The notes under the pieces are model-generated. The model was not told where the DNA came from. It saw only the letters and a program-made list of their open reading frames with translations, and made no database searches. From Okamejei kenojei (lineage: Eukaryota), in assembly GCA_035221665.1 (NCBI GenBank), contig CM069163.1, positions 15,376,001-15,440,000 of the forward strand: 64,000 nucleotides of DNA, read 5' to 3'. Below, piece after piece: positions 1-15,600 of this stretch; the first letter of the stretch is position 1, and each line of letters opens with the position of its first letter. A program made the translations under genes and the position numbers.

Positions 1-527
1 CGCAAGCTGCTTCCCTCCCCGGCCACAATGCGGTGGCTCCGTGCCCGGTGCGCTGCGGCAGCGGTGAGTGAGTGGGTTACTGGCATGAACTCCTTCTCAA
101 CGCTCCTGCCCTCCCCGCAACTTTACCCCTGGCTAGACTCCCCACATGCTGTGAAAAGAACTCTCCCCCCAATTGGTTCCTTGAACTAGTATAGTCATTC
201 AATAAGATGACAACTGATTCAACTTGTTCCGATACGCACTCATTTTTCCCACCATCTTCCACCTGCCGTCACCCTCCACCACCCACCCAATCAGTAATTC
301 AGAAAGAAGATTTGTAAGCCTTGGGCAAATTGAATTGTTACTTTATTTATTTTAATTTTTACGGAGAGAACAATATGCGCATGCGCGGTTTAAGATTTTT
401 TTAAAAGCCGACTGACTGTCCTATTACTCACGACACGTGCCTGAATATGACTCATTTATAATTATATATTTATATTTCTATGAAAATTGTTCCCAATTGG
501 GCCCCGCACCTCCTAAGGCCGGCCCTG
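1..527. mobile_element. One end of a putative non-autonomous hAT-like DNA transposon (other end outside window)
   Basis: 512-527 reads CAGGGCCGGCCTTAGG on the minus strand, a terminus type common in hAT-family elements. The partner TIR and TSD are not visible. Confidence 0.4.
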
Positions 528-1084
528 CACAGAGAGATAGCTCACCTCTGCCTCACCAGACTGTGCCACTCCGCCAAAGGGTTTCTTGCTGCACCGGATC
601 GACTGCGTGGCATCGTCAGGCAAGTTTAAGGGTGGAGCGGTCTGCTTTCTAATTAACTCCACATGGTGCTCAGACCAGTGCGAGCTCCTGCTCCCCATAA
701 CTGGAATATCTAACCGCCCTTTCTGTAACTCATCCCAACTTACAAACCAACAAAATGACTATGTTCTCCCAATTGTATCTTCATGCAGTCCCCCATTTGT
801 TATCACTGATGAGATGGTCAAATCCTACAACTCTTAAAATCTCTCCTACTCTTTCTTCTTTTACATCTTAAAGATTGTTTCTTCTTAAAACTTTTGCATA
901 TGCACTTGTATAAAATGTTATTGTCATTGTGTTAATGATGCATTTATGTATTTATCCAGCTTTGCTAAAAAAAAATGTCAATTGGAGCTGCAAGAACCAG
1001 AGATTCATTCCAACACTCATAGTCCAGTTGTGAATTGCCAAATCAGAGTACAGATTGAGTCAGAGTACAGTATGGAGATTAATA

Positions 1085-1865
1085 ATTTGATTAAATGGTA
1101 CTAGAACAGTCTTTGTTTCAGTCTTAGGAAAACCAAGGAGCTGATTGTTAATTTTATGAATGGAATGCCATGAATCCATGATCCTGTCTTCAGCGGTAGA
1201 GAAAATCAACAGGCTCAACTTCCTGGATATTCATATCACTTAAGATCTGTCCTGGGCCCAGCACATTGATGCAATCACAAAGACAACTCATCAGGGTCTC
1301 TACTTCCTTAGAAGATTTAGGAGATTCAGTATGTTGCCAAATACTCTAACAAACCTCTACAGGCATGGTAGGGGGCATATTGCTTGGTTGGGTCACTGCC
1401 TGGTTCAGTAACTTGAACGCCAGGGAACAAAGAAAGCTGCTGAAAATGGTAGATGATGCCTGGGCCATCACAGGTACTCACCTCCCGAGCACTGAAGGAA
1501 TCTTTTGGAAGTGGTGCATCAAAAAGGCAGCCAATATGAAAGATTCACACAACACAGGCCACATTCCAGCATCAGGGAGGTGGTACAGGAGCCTGAAAAT
1601 CATGACCAACAGTTTCAAAGACAGCTTCTTCCCAGCAGCCTTCAGACTGTTGAACACGGCACAACACTAATCGCTACCTCAGCATCCATGATCTTCTATT
1701 GACTTCAGTTTTGTACTATTGCGGTTACCAGTATTACTGATTATTAATGTATTATATTATTAACTGCATTTGATTACAATTGCGTTAACGGGCCTGTTAA
1801 GCTGCAGCAAGTACGTTTCATTGTTCTGCTGCCGGCACATATGACAATCAAACACTCTTGACTCT
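1085..1865 (+). mobile_element. Degenerate Rex1/Babar-type LINE 3' fragment
   Basis: Remnant peptides KTKELIVNF, ILLGWVTAWFSN and SGRWYRSLKIMTNSFKDSFFPAAFRLLN; tail ending gacaatcaaacactcttgact is shared with other copies in the window. Confidence 0.75.
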
Positions 1866-2258
1866 ATCACGAGTGCAGTACTTTGACAGTACTTCCGTTT
1901 CTACGACTCGTTTATAAATAGGGTTGGTGGCACGTTTAGTCTGAATGTTGACATGTAACGGGAAAGTAAGTAATTTACCATCGATTGTTGAAGCTAGGAC
2001 CCGGGAAGCGAGGCAGACTGTAAGGCTGCAGTGCCGGCCAGCCCGCCCTCTCTCTCCACCCTGCATTCGTCAGCAGCACAGATTGCTTCCAGAAACATCA
2101 CTCGTGGCAGACTTTGGCCACACGGACGCTGGCACGATGCAGCAAACCGTTTGTTTCCCTTCTACCTTGGCCACCTCCCTGTACGGCCGAGGCATTTGCA
2201 GTATAGGACAAGTGGGGAGGGGGGAAGCTGAGTCAGTTGCACGCATTGTGGTTGAAGA

Positions 2259-2315
2259 TTATATATATATATATCTCTATCTATCTCTACATCTATCTCT
2301 ACATCTCTCTCTCTC
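2259..2315. repeat. (TA)n/(TCTA)n/(TC)n compound microsatellite
   Basis: Read directly from the sequence. Confidence 0.85.
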
Positions 2316-2329
2316 TGCTTGCTTCATCA

Positions 2330-3090
2330 AAAGCAATGGGCGACTCGCCCAACGAACAAGGAGGAGGCGTCGCGCGCGCGCGCGCTGCTACTGCAGCAAC
2401 GGCCGCCCGCCCGCCCGCCAGCAGCCAATGGGGAGCGAAGTGACTGCGATCTGGCGGGCGGCCTCGCGAGCCGCGTGCAAAGGGGGGCGGGTTCGGCGGC
2501 GGCGCGTTGACGGACAGTCACCGCAGCCAGTCAGCGGCGGCGGCGGGTGGACGGTCCGTCGCGGCAGCCAGTCAGCGGCGGCGGCGCCAGGCGCAGGAGG
2601 CGTGCGCGGTATATAAAGCGCGACGCAGCGGGCGGCAACGCAGTTGAGCATCAGTTCTTTTGTCGCGGAGGAGCAGCAACTGGAAGCGGAGTCGGCAGTA
2701 TGAGGGAAATCGTGCACATTCAAGCCGGCCAGTGCGGTAACCAGATCGGGGCCAAGGTGCGTGCCGTGTCCGCCCGCCTGTAGCCCGGTCGGACGAGATG
2801 TCCAAGTGATGTCGAAAATCTACGGTCGGGGTAGCGCGGTGGCTTTTAGGTTCCACCCGGCACTCGGTTGCACCTCAGGTGGTGCCGAGGCCTAGTTGGG
2901 CGTGGGAGCCCGACGCGCTCGGCCTCCCGGTATCCGACATGGGTTTGCGCAGCGCCACGCCCTGATCTCTGCGCAGCAGCGGGGATGGGCGGGGCGGGCT
3001 GAGCCTCTGCAGGGACCCGGCCCGGCCTGCGGTGTGCGTGGATGCTGGCGCTTTTCAACAGCTTTATAGCAAAGTAATCCCGGCTACCCA
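2330..3090 (+). promoter_or_regulatory. CpG-island promoter of beta-tubulin gene 1 with CCAAT (2425-2429), GC box (~2482-2491) and TATA box (2610-2617)
   Basis: Very GC- and CpG-rich segment spanning exon 1; TATATAAA about 90 bp upstream of the ATG at 2700. Confidence 0.8.
2700..2756 (+). CDS. TUBB4B: Beta-tubulin gene 1 exon 1 (MREIVHIQAGQCGNQIGAK)
   Basis: ATG at 2700, 57 nt, followed by GT donor at 2757; MREI autoregulation motif. Confidence 0.97.
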
Positions 3091-3559
3091 CTGTCGCAAA
3101 TTAATGCAGGGTTTTGGGAAATAATGCTAAATTTATCTCCTAAATCGTAGAGGAATAAAAATTGGTATTTTATCTTGTCTGGGTATAGTAACTAGACCGG
3201 GAACGTGCCCCCTTTTTTTATCGGATCTAATCTAAAAGGTTTTTCGATTAGATCCAAAAGCGAATTTAGAGCTTTTGGGTGTCTCATCTGATGAAGGTGG
3301 TGGGTTAAATTTAAATAAAGATGTTCACGTTGTACTGCGGATGGTTGGCTGGAGTCGACTGGAATTACAGGTAAGATGGTAGATCGGTAATGACAGACAA
3401 CAATGGAAGATATTTCCTAAATCTGCAAATTCTACTGAAGAAGCTCAGTCTGCCAGTAACTAAGGAAGTTAAGAATGGTAAGAAAAGTTAAAATATTGTG
3501 GTTAAAGAATAAAAAGCAGAATATAATTGTGAGAGTAAAGTCGAATGAAATATTAAGCA

Positions 3560-4760
3560 GAGAGGGCTTCTCATGAAAAGGAAGCTTGGGGAATAAAGGG
3601 GAAATGAGCAGTGCGGTGGTGCTGCAAAACAGATCTACTGTATAATAGCTTCAGCATGGTCTGATTGTCTAGACCTGATGCCTGCACAATGAGATCTTAA
3701 ATAATTAGCTGAAGGATAGGCTGATAAATTAATGGTAATCTAATAAAGCTGCCAAAATTCTGGAGGGGTCTTAGATAATTGACAAATTACAAATGTAGTA
3801 CCATTGTTCAACGATGTTTAACTGAAAGTGGGGAAATTATATGTGATAGTTATTCTGTACCTCAGATTAGAGAAGTACTGGTATGTATTAGCTGGACATT
3901 CCAAAAATAATGAGTTAACATGGTATTATCACATTATAGTTACAGATTGGACAGAGTTCAAGAGAATTACAAGGATTGATAAAGGGAAGCCAATGGATGT
4001 AATATTTAGAGTTTAGTTTACAGGTACAGCATGGAAACTACAATTTTAGTCCAGCGATCACCCATTCATGCTATGTTATCCCATTTTCGCATTTGCTCGC
4101 TCACATTGGGGTCATTTACAGAGGCCAATTAACCTATTAACTCCCACATCTTTGGAATGTAGGATGAAACCAGAGCCTCTGCAGAAAGTCCACGTTGTCC
4201 GCACCAAAGCACCCAATGGAAAGTGTGCAAGCTCCGCACCAAAGCACCCAATGTCGGGATTGGACATGGGTCGCTGGTGCTGTGAGTCAGCAGCTCTCGC
4301 CAGTGGTACATGTTCTGCCGCAATGTTAGTTGGATTTTTTGCAAGTCCCACGTGAAGGGTTATTGCACAAAGGAAGAGAGCATGCGGTTGGGTGTAATGG
4401 ATAAGGAAATGGCTAACCAACAATGTGTTTAGATTGTAGTCATTTTCAGACTGGTAATCAGTAACCAGTTGGGTCTCGTAGATCATTAGTGGGACTTCAA
4501 CTATTAATTTTTTTGATAACCTGGATGAAGAGACTTTGCTAATGATACACCTAGGGGAATTTGCATGTTGAGGAAGACAGAGAACCTATTAAAAATATGT
4601 ATATGGGTTAAGTGAGTGAGCAGAGATAGCAGGTGGAATATGATGTGGATAAATATGGGTTTTGAACTTTGGACAAAACCATGAAGAAGTATTTTAACCG
4701 AGTGAGACCATAACGTAGATGAATCTGATGGCCCTATTGCATGAAATGCATAGTTGACAC
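3560..4760 (+). mobile_element. Highly degenerate CR1-type LINE fragment interrupted by a SINE
   Basis: Remnant RT peptide RIDKGKPMDVIF just before the SINE; CR1-like sequence resumes after about 4336. Confidence 0.5.
4008..4335 (-). mobile_element. HE1-like (tRNA-derived V-SINE) copy, degenerate
   Basis: Reverse complement resembles 57608-57915 (V-domain ccaattaaccta, tail tttagttta). Confidence 0.7.
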
Positions 4761-4796
4761 CCATGTAATTCCATATCTATATCATCCACTCCCCTG

Positions 4797-4890
4797 ACAT
4801 CAGTCTGAAGAAGGGTCTCGACCTGAAACGTCACCCATTCCTTCTCTCCAGGGATGCTGCCTGTCTTGCTGACCATTTTGTGTCTATCTC
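4797..4890 (+). repeat. Penelope terminal-repeat (pLTR)-derived short repeat with hammerhead-like core
   Basis: ctgaagaagggtctcgacctgaaacgtcacccattccttctctcc, the same motif that ends the GIY-YIG-coding Penelope fragment at 41197-41851. Confidence 0.7.
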
Positions 4891-6709
4891 TCCATTCTTT
4901 TTATTAAGCCCTTTGCTCCTCTGGGGAGCAAAGGCCATTGGGAAATGTCCTCCACCTCACTTGGTTGTTGGCAGTTCTGAGATCTCCCCAGTTAAGCCCA
5001 CTCTCTCCATTGGGTCTCCCTAATCTTATGGGCATGTCCTGCAGCTTGACCATTAGCAAAATGAAACATATCTGTATTATTGCCTAATTGCTCTCTTCCA
5101 CCATTTGGTGTAGGAAAGGACTGCAGATGCTGGTAGAGAATGTGTAGAACTTATTTCTCAAATGACCTTTGGCTCACCCCCACCTTTGTCCTCTCCAATC
5201 ATCTCCCATCTCTTTTGGGAGCATTTCTTTTAAATTGGAATTGCATCTTTTGCTCTTTGAAAATCAAACATGATCTCAGACATATTGCCTGAGTGAATGA
5301 TGTGCCCCCATCTTTTGGTGTGGTCCAATGTTCAATTTCTTGAGTATCTTAGTGATCATTCCTAGACAATGCAGGATTGGGTTCTCCAAGACTACTACAT
5401 ATTTAACTTTATTTTTCTGTTTATAAAAATAAAACACAGCTAATAGAGACTAGTGGGTTTTGCCATGTATCCAGGTAATGGTTTTTCATTTTGGACATTT
5501 GAGTTGTCTTAGTGTTGAAATAGCAGATGATGTCATACTGCTAATACTAAGAACAAGTAATTTGATGTTTGCTTAATGTAAGTGTGAAACTGGTTTTGGC
5601 TCTGGTTCTCATTGCACTTTTATTGATAAAATGCAGAGAATGAGATGGCTGCAAAATAAGGCAGCCATTTGGCATTGGTTAATGGTGCCAGCTCAGTTCT
5701 ATCTTTACAGCTTGTACTTTCATCATGCACGGAGTCTTTCCTTGCACCTATCAGTGCCCTTAGTTTATACTTAAGTTTTGCAGGAGAGATGACGACAACT
5801 GGCCCGTGCTGATTTTTCTTGTGAAAGGATTTTCAAGATTGACCCAATCCCATGAATTTGTTCAAATAGTCTGCCCTGCTGGTAACTTGCTATCACAATT
5901 TAATGGGTTTAAGATTAATGAATGAAACTGTTTGTTCCCCATACTTAATGGTATGGTTTAAGTAATTGGAACATTCTGAACCTGCATTTCTAATTAAGTT
6001 TAAAGCATCCTTTCATAAACGCAAGTTATCATGGGTTGAAGGACTAGTAATTGCACTCTTCTGTTTGGTGGGTACCTTGCGTAATGAGTAGAGCAATGTG
6101 GAATGCAAACATTCTCTACCAGAGAGAACAGTTTTCTATGGATATCCGAGGCCCGTCTGGCTGCGCAATACAATGTATTGTTGAATTTCCAACTTAGACT
6201 CGCAATTGAATCCGCAATTAGCATTCCTTATTCTGAGATGTGGATTTTCTCAGAGCCGTGTTTTTGCCCCTTGCTCGCGGCCTACCAACGGTCTGGAGCG
6301 GTGTTTCCTGCCGGGACCGGCCAGGACTTCCACTTGGGCGGCGGCACAGCGCTGAGGCACCATTGTGGAACGGGTGGTGCCTTACCCGGGTCGCCGTGCG
6401 GTGGGTTCTGGAGTGCTGAGACTGCTGACTCCAACATCGTGGAGCTGCGGTCTGTGGAGCTTCCAGGAATTCCGAGCTATTCGAGAAAAAAAAATCGGAA
6501 AAAAAAAACACACAGAAACACCACGGAGGTGGGCCGTGGGGTAGTAAGCCAAATACGTTCATTATCACTTCAGGGGCAGGGAAGAGGCGATGAGGGGGCA
6601 GGGAGAGACAGACGGGCAACACTCACCGGTCACCTCTCCAGTGTGGAGGTCGGGTCGGGGCAGCCCGTTCCCGCCTCCTCGAATCGAGGGTTACACTTGG
6701 AGGAAACTG

Positions 6710-6852
6710 TGGCAGCATCAGCGAAGGAGATAGGCGACGTTTTGGGTCGAGACCCTTCTTCAGACTGAGAAGGGTCTCGACCCGAAACGTCGCCTATCTC
6801 CTTCGCTCCTTAGATGTTGCTGCACCCGCTGAGTTTCTCCAGCATTTTGTGT
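6710..6852. repeat. Head-to-head inverted pair of Penelope pLTR repeats (fold-back)
   Basis: gcgaaggagataggcgacgttttgggtcgagacccttct (6721-6759) is the near-perfect reverse complement of agaagggtctcgacccgaaacgtcgcctatctccttcgc (from 6768). Confidence 0.8.
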
Positions 6853-6860
6853 AACCCCCC

Positions 6861-6940
6861 TGAGGTCACTTTCCCGCCCTCACTGACGTCACTTGCCCCG
6901 CCCCTTACTGACGTCACGTGCCCCGCCCTCACTGACGTCA
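6861..6940. repeat. ~24-bp tandem repeat carrying three perfect CRE palindromes and GC boxes
   Basis: TGACGTCA at 6884, 6909 and 6933, TGAGGTCA at 6861, each separated by CCCGCCC. Confidence 0.85.
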
Positions 6941-9850
6941 GACTAATAGGATTCCGATTTTTCAATCTCACAAGTTGGCAGGTATGCACTTGGTGTATGT
7001 GATAATAAATGTCCTTTGTAACCATATAACCATATAACAATTACAGCACGAAAACAGGCCCTCTCGGCCCTTCCAGTCCGTGCTGACCATTTGTTTTCCC
7101 CTAGTCCCATCTATCTTTGAAGTAGTTGGATCGTCATTTTCATCCTAACTGAAGAGTTAGATTTGAAATTCATTTGGCGTTTAGATACAATGATAAAGGA
7201 TACTTATCGCTAATTAGAGTAAATAAGCAATGAACAGGTATCATGTTACAAATAGGTGTAGATGTAATACAACATATTTTTGATATGACTTAAGTGTAAA
7301 CAAGTAAGGAGTTGGTGTCATTTAAGGTATGATTATCACAAATATTCTGTAAATTATTTTATGGTACGGTTAAAAAAAAAATGACCGTATAAATTAATAG
7401 TTAACAGGCAGGAAAACATTGTTATTTCAAGGTACAAGTATCAACAAATTTCTGGGCCCCCATCTCTCTTCCTGTTTTTTTTCCCTGTCTCATGCCTGAC
7501 TAGTAAGGACCGACTATGGTGATGGTAAATCTGGAGAAATTTGGGTAGGTTTTAAAAGGGCACCATTGAGTGTTTTTTGTTGGGAATGAATTTAAATTGG
7601 GTGTCAGATAGAATTCAAGAGTTTTCTTAAATTGCATTAATTAGTTGGATTCAAATGATACATAAGGGAACTGAAAATGCCACATGAAGTAGGAAGTCAT
7701 TGAAATTTAGGCAGTGGTACATGATGAAAGAGGCATTGTAGTATTATGTAAATTTAACAATGACCACTGGCAAAATAACACGATTTCATACCACGCTTAG
7801 CTATGCCTGAAATCTCTGGCAAATAGTTCAGAGACAATTCCAGTTAAAGGAACCAACTGAATGTCTGCAACTTAGTTTAGCTTATTGTCACGTGTACAGA
7901 GATACAGTGAAAAACCTTTGTTGCGTGCTATAGTCTTACAATCTGGTTTCCAGTGTGTAACATTCAGGCTTCCTAGGTGTTCACATGCAAAGGATTGTGA
8001 ATATCAATTATTATTATTAGGTACAAGTGCATTGATATGTGATACATTTAGTTGGGAAAAAAGTGGCTTATTCCGATACATTTTTGCATTCTGTAAATGT
8101 CTCAACAAAGTAGATATTTTGTTAATGACACATTGACTCGAAACAAGTTATTTTTCTCACTTCGTATTGCTATATTTGGTCTGAAGGATGTCAGCATCCC
8201 AGCAAATGTTGCCGTCCATTAGCCACCCTGACCTTCCCACCCACGATACTGCAGCTGTTGAAACCATCGTGAGGGAATAATTCTCTCAATCCTGTTGTAT
8301 GTCAATTTGTTGCTCCCATGATGTCCAGTACTTCAGTGAATTTCCTTCAGTGTACTTGCTTTAAGAAAGGGTTTTCATGGGCAGAAAGGTTTTGCTGGAA
8401 TTAGTTAGGCTACACTCTTCTCACTATTCCAATATCCCTTGTTTTTCCTGCCTGAAATTCCTGAGTGCAATGAATGATTAAGTCTTTGCAGCCACTGCAG
8501 TAGACACCTCCAAAGAATACCTTTTTTTGTTCCTTATCTCAGAAATGCAGGCTTCATAAATAATGGTCAAAAGTGACATCTGTGGAAATTGTCGACATTT
8601 TGTGTTGAAGACCCTTCTTCAGAATTTGAAAACAAGATTAGTTTGGGATTGCTGTAAAGATAGAAGTGTGGCTAGGACAATGAAAGGGTGAGACAAAATG
8701 AATAAGAAGTGCATGTTGTATTAACTTACTTAAGACTTTTTGCACAGCACCTTCCAAGCCCACAACCAAAATAGCTGCCAAGTAGTATCAAATCTACCAA
8801 CCCTTGGATATAATTTCTGCTTGCTCTTTGCTCTGTGTTATTGATGCTCTAGTTTTATCAGTATGGAGGATCATAGAGGGTTACGGCCAATTGTGCTCTT
8901 GCCTCTCATTCGTGATCTCTATTTGCACAATGAGTGGCATTTGTTTAAATCCTGCAGAGTTCCAGAGAGTTTCTGATCTCTCATTTTATACCCTTTATCC
9001 TATATCTGTACCCTGCATAGTCTTTGTTGACAGGATAACTTGCAACAAAAAGCTTTTCACTGTACCTTTATATACATGACAATAATCTAAATTAAACTCA
9101 TTCGACCTATCCTCTGAACAACTCAGCCGTTTGAGTTTGGGAAGGAAGCTACGTGAAATGGAATGCAAATAATTTTGTGACTAACTTGCCTTGTGTAGTA
9201 TTTGTAAAGTGAATAATTCTCTACATTTACTAGTAATTTATTTGTCTGACATTGGAACATTCTATTGGTAGGTGAACACGTCCCTTTTCTAGCAGTGGGT
9301 GGACTTATTGGAGGACATAAATTGTTAATTGTTGGGTATCTGGAAGTTTGAAGTTAACTTCAGTAGAGTGTTGATCTGTTTTTGTCATTGGTGCTGAGAA
9401 ATGTGCTGCACAGATTAATGAGACTATGAGTTAGTGACCACAGTGATGACGGCTGGTAGAGCTCACGGCAACTCTAGTGATCTGGGTTCAGTGCTGACCC
9501 GAATTTTCCCTGGTATTTCTGGTTCTTCCCATAATACAAATCTGCATTGGTAGGTTAATTAGCTATCATAAAATATCCTTGGAATGTAGGTAGAATAATA
9601 GGGGTGGGATTTTATGATGTGGGAGAATAGATTAGAGTGAGTGAAGCAAGGCATTGGCCAATGTAGACTCGGCAGGTTCACGTGGCTTCCAATGTCCCTA
9701 AGCAAATATGGTTTCTGGAAAGGTAAGCTATTGGGAGTTTCTGTTGTAAACTGCGAGTGACTTGTGCTTGAATTACTTTGGGCATAGTTAGATTTGTCGA
9801 GTATGCTATAAGTGAGCTTGTATGTTAACTGGTTTGTTTGGCATGTCTAA

Positions 9851-11070
<1,220 letters not shown>

Positions 11071-11076
11071 TTGTGA

Positions 11077-11250
<174 letters not shown>

Positions 11251-12023
11251 TGAAGCTTGTGTAAGTAACTGGAACTGGTTAGTAGCTTGTGCTGAGCCAT
11301 CGACTCGGCTAGAGAAAGGTGAAGGTGGAGGACGTTGTTATTTACTGAACTGTGTATTACTCGACCGGTGAGCGAATTACTTCAGCTTCTGAAGAAGACA
11401 TTGCTTTTTAGCAAAAGGCAACAATGTGCATCCTTATGTATGTTTAACAGTGACAGCCTCTAATATTCAAATTTTATTTGGACATGGGGCAGAAATCTTA
11501 ACTAAGATTCAGTTACCCAAAGGAAATTGCTGCAAAAAATTAGCATTTGTGTCCTGGGATCCCCTTGTTGGTAGGTAACATTATTGTAAACCAGAACTGA
11601 ATTACTTAATACCCAAGAAGTGGACTTGGCTGTGGAAGACTATTTGAGGACATTATACCTATGGTTCAATGCTTTGCATGGATTTTGCACTGTACTAACC
11701 TGCTTGGGCTGCAGCAGTAGTCTCCTGGCTTATGCATGGCAGGGTTAGGTCAGTATAGAAAATGTCTCATTGCCTCCAGGATAAGTCGTGCAGGAAAAGC
11801 CCATTCCTTGAAACCTAACATCCAGAACCATCTACATTGTAAGTCACAGGCTTCAGCTGTTATATTTACTCTTTTTTTCATTTTAAAAGATTACTTTGTT
11901 CAGTCTCACTCCCAAGGCAATGGAAATAATCTGCTGATAAATATAACAAAAACATCAGTTTGCTTGTAGTAGTTGAAATGTTTAAAATGCTTGCATAATA
12001 GCTATACCAGGTTTTTTTTTTAA

Positions 12024-13091
<1,068 letters not shown>

Positions 13092-14547
13092 GCTGTATTA
13101 TGGTCAGCACTAAGATTGTCCATGTCACTGTTCTATTTGTCTTTTTCTTATACTTTTACACCATTCCTCTGACATTTTGATCTTCAATGCTGTATACATT
13201 TTCAGTTTTCACCTCTAGTTGATGGGGCATTGACATATGATGGAATCATGAACACGTGTAATGATGAATTCTCCTTTGTAACAGAAATTAAGTTTTGCTC
13301 TTGGTAGGAATCCCTGAGTGTTTTCCCTGAATAAGGGCATTGCTTGCGTGCTTCCATATTGGCTCATCACTGAGCAGATTACATTTTAGTAGGTTGGAAG
13401 TTTGGTGCAGAATGAAGGAGTATTTTTGTTGTATTTGCTTCTGCCAATTGATGAAGGTTGATTGCCAACCAAGTCACTTGGTTGGCAATAATTATGTATC
13501 CTAAATATGGGGACACTGGCTTGTCTTCAGAAGATTTACTGCCTTTCACTTGAAAAATCATTTTTACTGTCCATAAGTATTCATTTTTATTCAATTTTTT
13601 AAAGGTAGTATTTTCTAAGGCCTAGGTATTTGAGGCAGAGGTTAATCATTGTGGAAGTGAAAAGTTGTAAGACATATGTTGATATTTTTGAATCAATGCC
13701 ACTGTTGATGCAGATGATTTTCATTGATCTGAACTCTTTGCTGCTGTCTACTCGGAGCTGCTACTTTTTGCCATTTTCCCATAAAAGGCATCCAATAAAT
13801 TCAACACTTATGCTTTATCCACTTCTACATTCTCAGTTAATAAATCTGTGCCCCATGGTGCAAATCCAATTTTGGATGTGACTATATCCTCTGATTTATT
13901 TGAATTCTCAGGCTGGAAGTTGACAAAAAAGTGGCAGCTTTACTATTCCAAAAGTAGACTTATTTGTGTGAAGGTTGGTGGTTTTAGAACAGAGCCACCA
14001 GTGCTGCAGGTAGAATGCAATTGCTTCATTTTATTGGCCATTTTGTTTAAATGTCGCAATTCAAATTTTGGCTGAGCACTAATGTTCTAAACCCTTGGTG
14101 TGGAGATTGTTCATGTCCCAAATCATGTTTAATTATTAAAGTAGCATACCATCTCAATGTTAATTTGTGTGGTCTGTTTTCTCAAAATAGTGCACATGGT
14201 GATTTTGTACTCCAGGATAATCTTAGGCCTGGCAAATTCAGCTCTGAGGAAACAACCTGGTGTGCTAAAGGTTTGTGTGTGTCTGTGCTAGACTTTTCTC
14301 CCAGCGACAAGCCTCTCAAGTTCCCCTACTTAAAATCTGCATAGATTAAATGGTGCTGCAGTAAGAGTTTTAGTAGCAAAGCTTGGTCTGCAATGTGGAA
14401 ATTGATGCTTGGAATCCCTGGCCATGTGGAAATGCTTTATCACATAATCTCGCTTAGTTCCCTGACGACATTTCTTGTTAGCTGTTGAATATCCAGCTGA
14501 GCTAAACATGTTCATGGTCACTCTGTTGTAGTAACACTTTATTTAAA

Positions 14548-14553
14548 AATAAA
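14548..14553 (+). terminator. Candidate polyadenylation signal of tubulin gene 1
   Basis: AATAAA at the end of a repeat-free 3' region; alternative AATAAA near 13794 and 13839. Confidence 0.4.
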
Positions 14554-15059
14554 GTTTGTGATTCTGCTGACTGATACTTCTATCCTGCTGCATTGTAAAT
14601 TCATTTTCATATAGTTTGAATGGAAAATATGTGCCAGGTCTGATAGTGAAGCAGACGTTCAATTCCACAGATCTGTTAGGAAAGATTCTGTCCATCACTT
14701 TGAATACTTTTGTCAATATCAAGATAACATTATAATTTCATGGGTTAAATGCTGCAATTCTGCAGCAATACTATTCTCTCATTGGAGAAAATGTCTGATA
14801 AATTTGTTTATTGATCAGATAGGAAGTAAGTTTCTCATAATTGGAAGAGTGAAAAGGTTGCTGCTGGATATCAGACATAATCTAGTCATACAGCTAACCA
14901 TTTGAAAAAGGTCCCTCTTAAATGGCTGTTGCATTTACCCAAATAATGGCAGTCGCTAATTATCTTGTTTGAGCTGATCTTCCAATTTAGCGATCAGGTC
15001 AGGTTGAACTTCAAACTCTGAGCTTGAGTTCACTTTCACATAAAGTTACTTTGAGATGC

Positions 15060-15325
15060 AGCTTAAACAGGCCCTTCGACCAACGATCGCCCATATGTCG
15101 GCGCTCAACATTTTATCCTACACACTACGGACAATGTTGCAGAAACCAATTAACCTACAAATTTGCATGTGTTTGAAATATGGGGGGGAAGGACACAGGA
15201 GCGCCCTGAGAAAACCCATGTAGCGACTGGAAGACAAACTCCACACAGACAGAACCTGTAGTTAGGATCAAACCTGCATTTCTGGCACTGTAAGGCAGCA
15301 ACTCTACTGCTGTGCCATTGTGACA
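15060..15325 (-). mobile_element. HE1-like SINE
   Basis: ccaattaacctacaaa V-domain and reverse-complement head (ggcactgtaaggcagcaactctac) matching 57608-57915. Confidence 0.75.
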
Positions 15326-15329
15326 TCCC

Positions 15330-15600
15330 ACATTCTACACATGCAACTCCTGTAAGTCAGGGAAACAGTGTAGACTCTTCCACCGTTCTGCTGTGCACCC
15401 GCGCTCGATCCGCCAAGGCCTAGTGGATTTCCTGGTTGCTAACCACTTTAACCACATGCTGACTTTTCTGTCCTGGGCCTCCATTGCTAGAGTGAGGCCA
15501 CATGCAAATTGGAGGAACACCACTTCATATTTTGGTTTGACAGCTTCAACCTAGTGGTATGATTGTTGCATTCTTCAATTTTAGGTGGCTTCTACAAATA
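15330..15600 (+). mobile_element. Penelope GIY-YIG 3' fragment, degenerate
   Basis: caaattggaggaacaccacttcatatttt is homologous to 41637-41665 (KLEEQHLIF). Confidence 0.65.

Noticed and set aside
1945-2856. Long ORFs over the gene 1 promoter (1945..2616, 2547..2783 and others)
   Set aside because: By-products of GC-rich CpG-island and microsatellite sequence; only 2700-2756 is tubulin coding.
6103-6768. 221-aa ORF in intron 1 of gene 1
   Set aside because: Runs through A-tracts and repeat sequence with no domain similarity or splice support.
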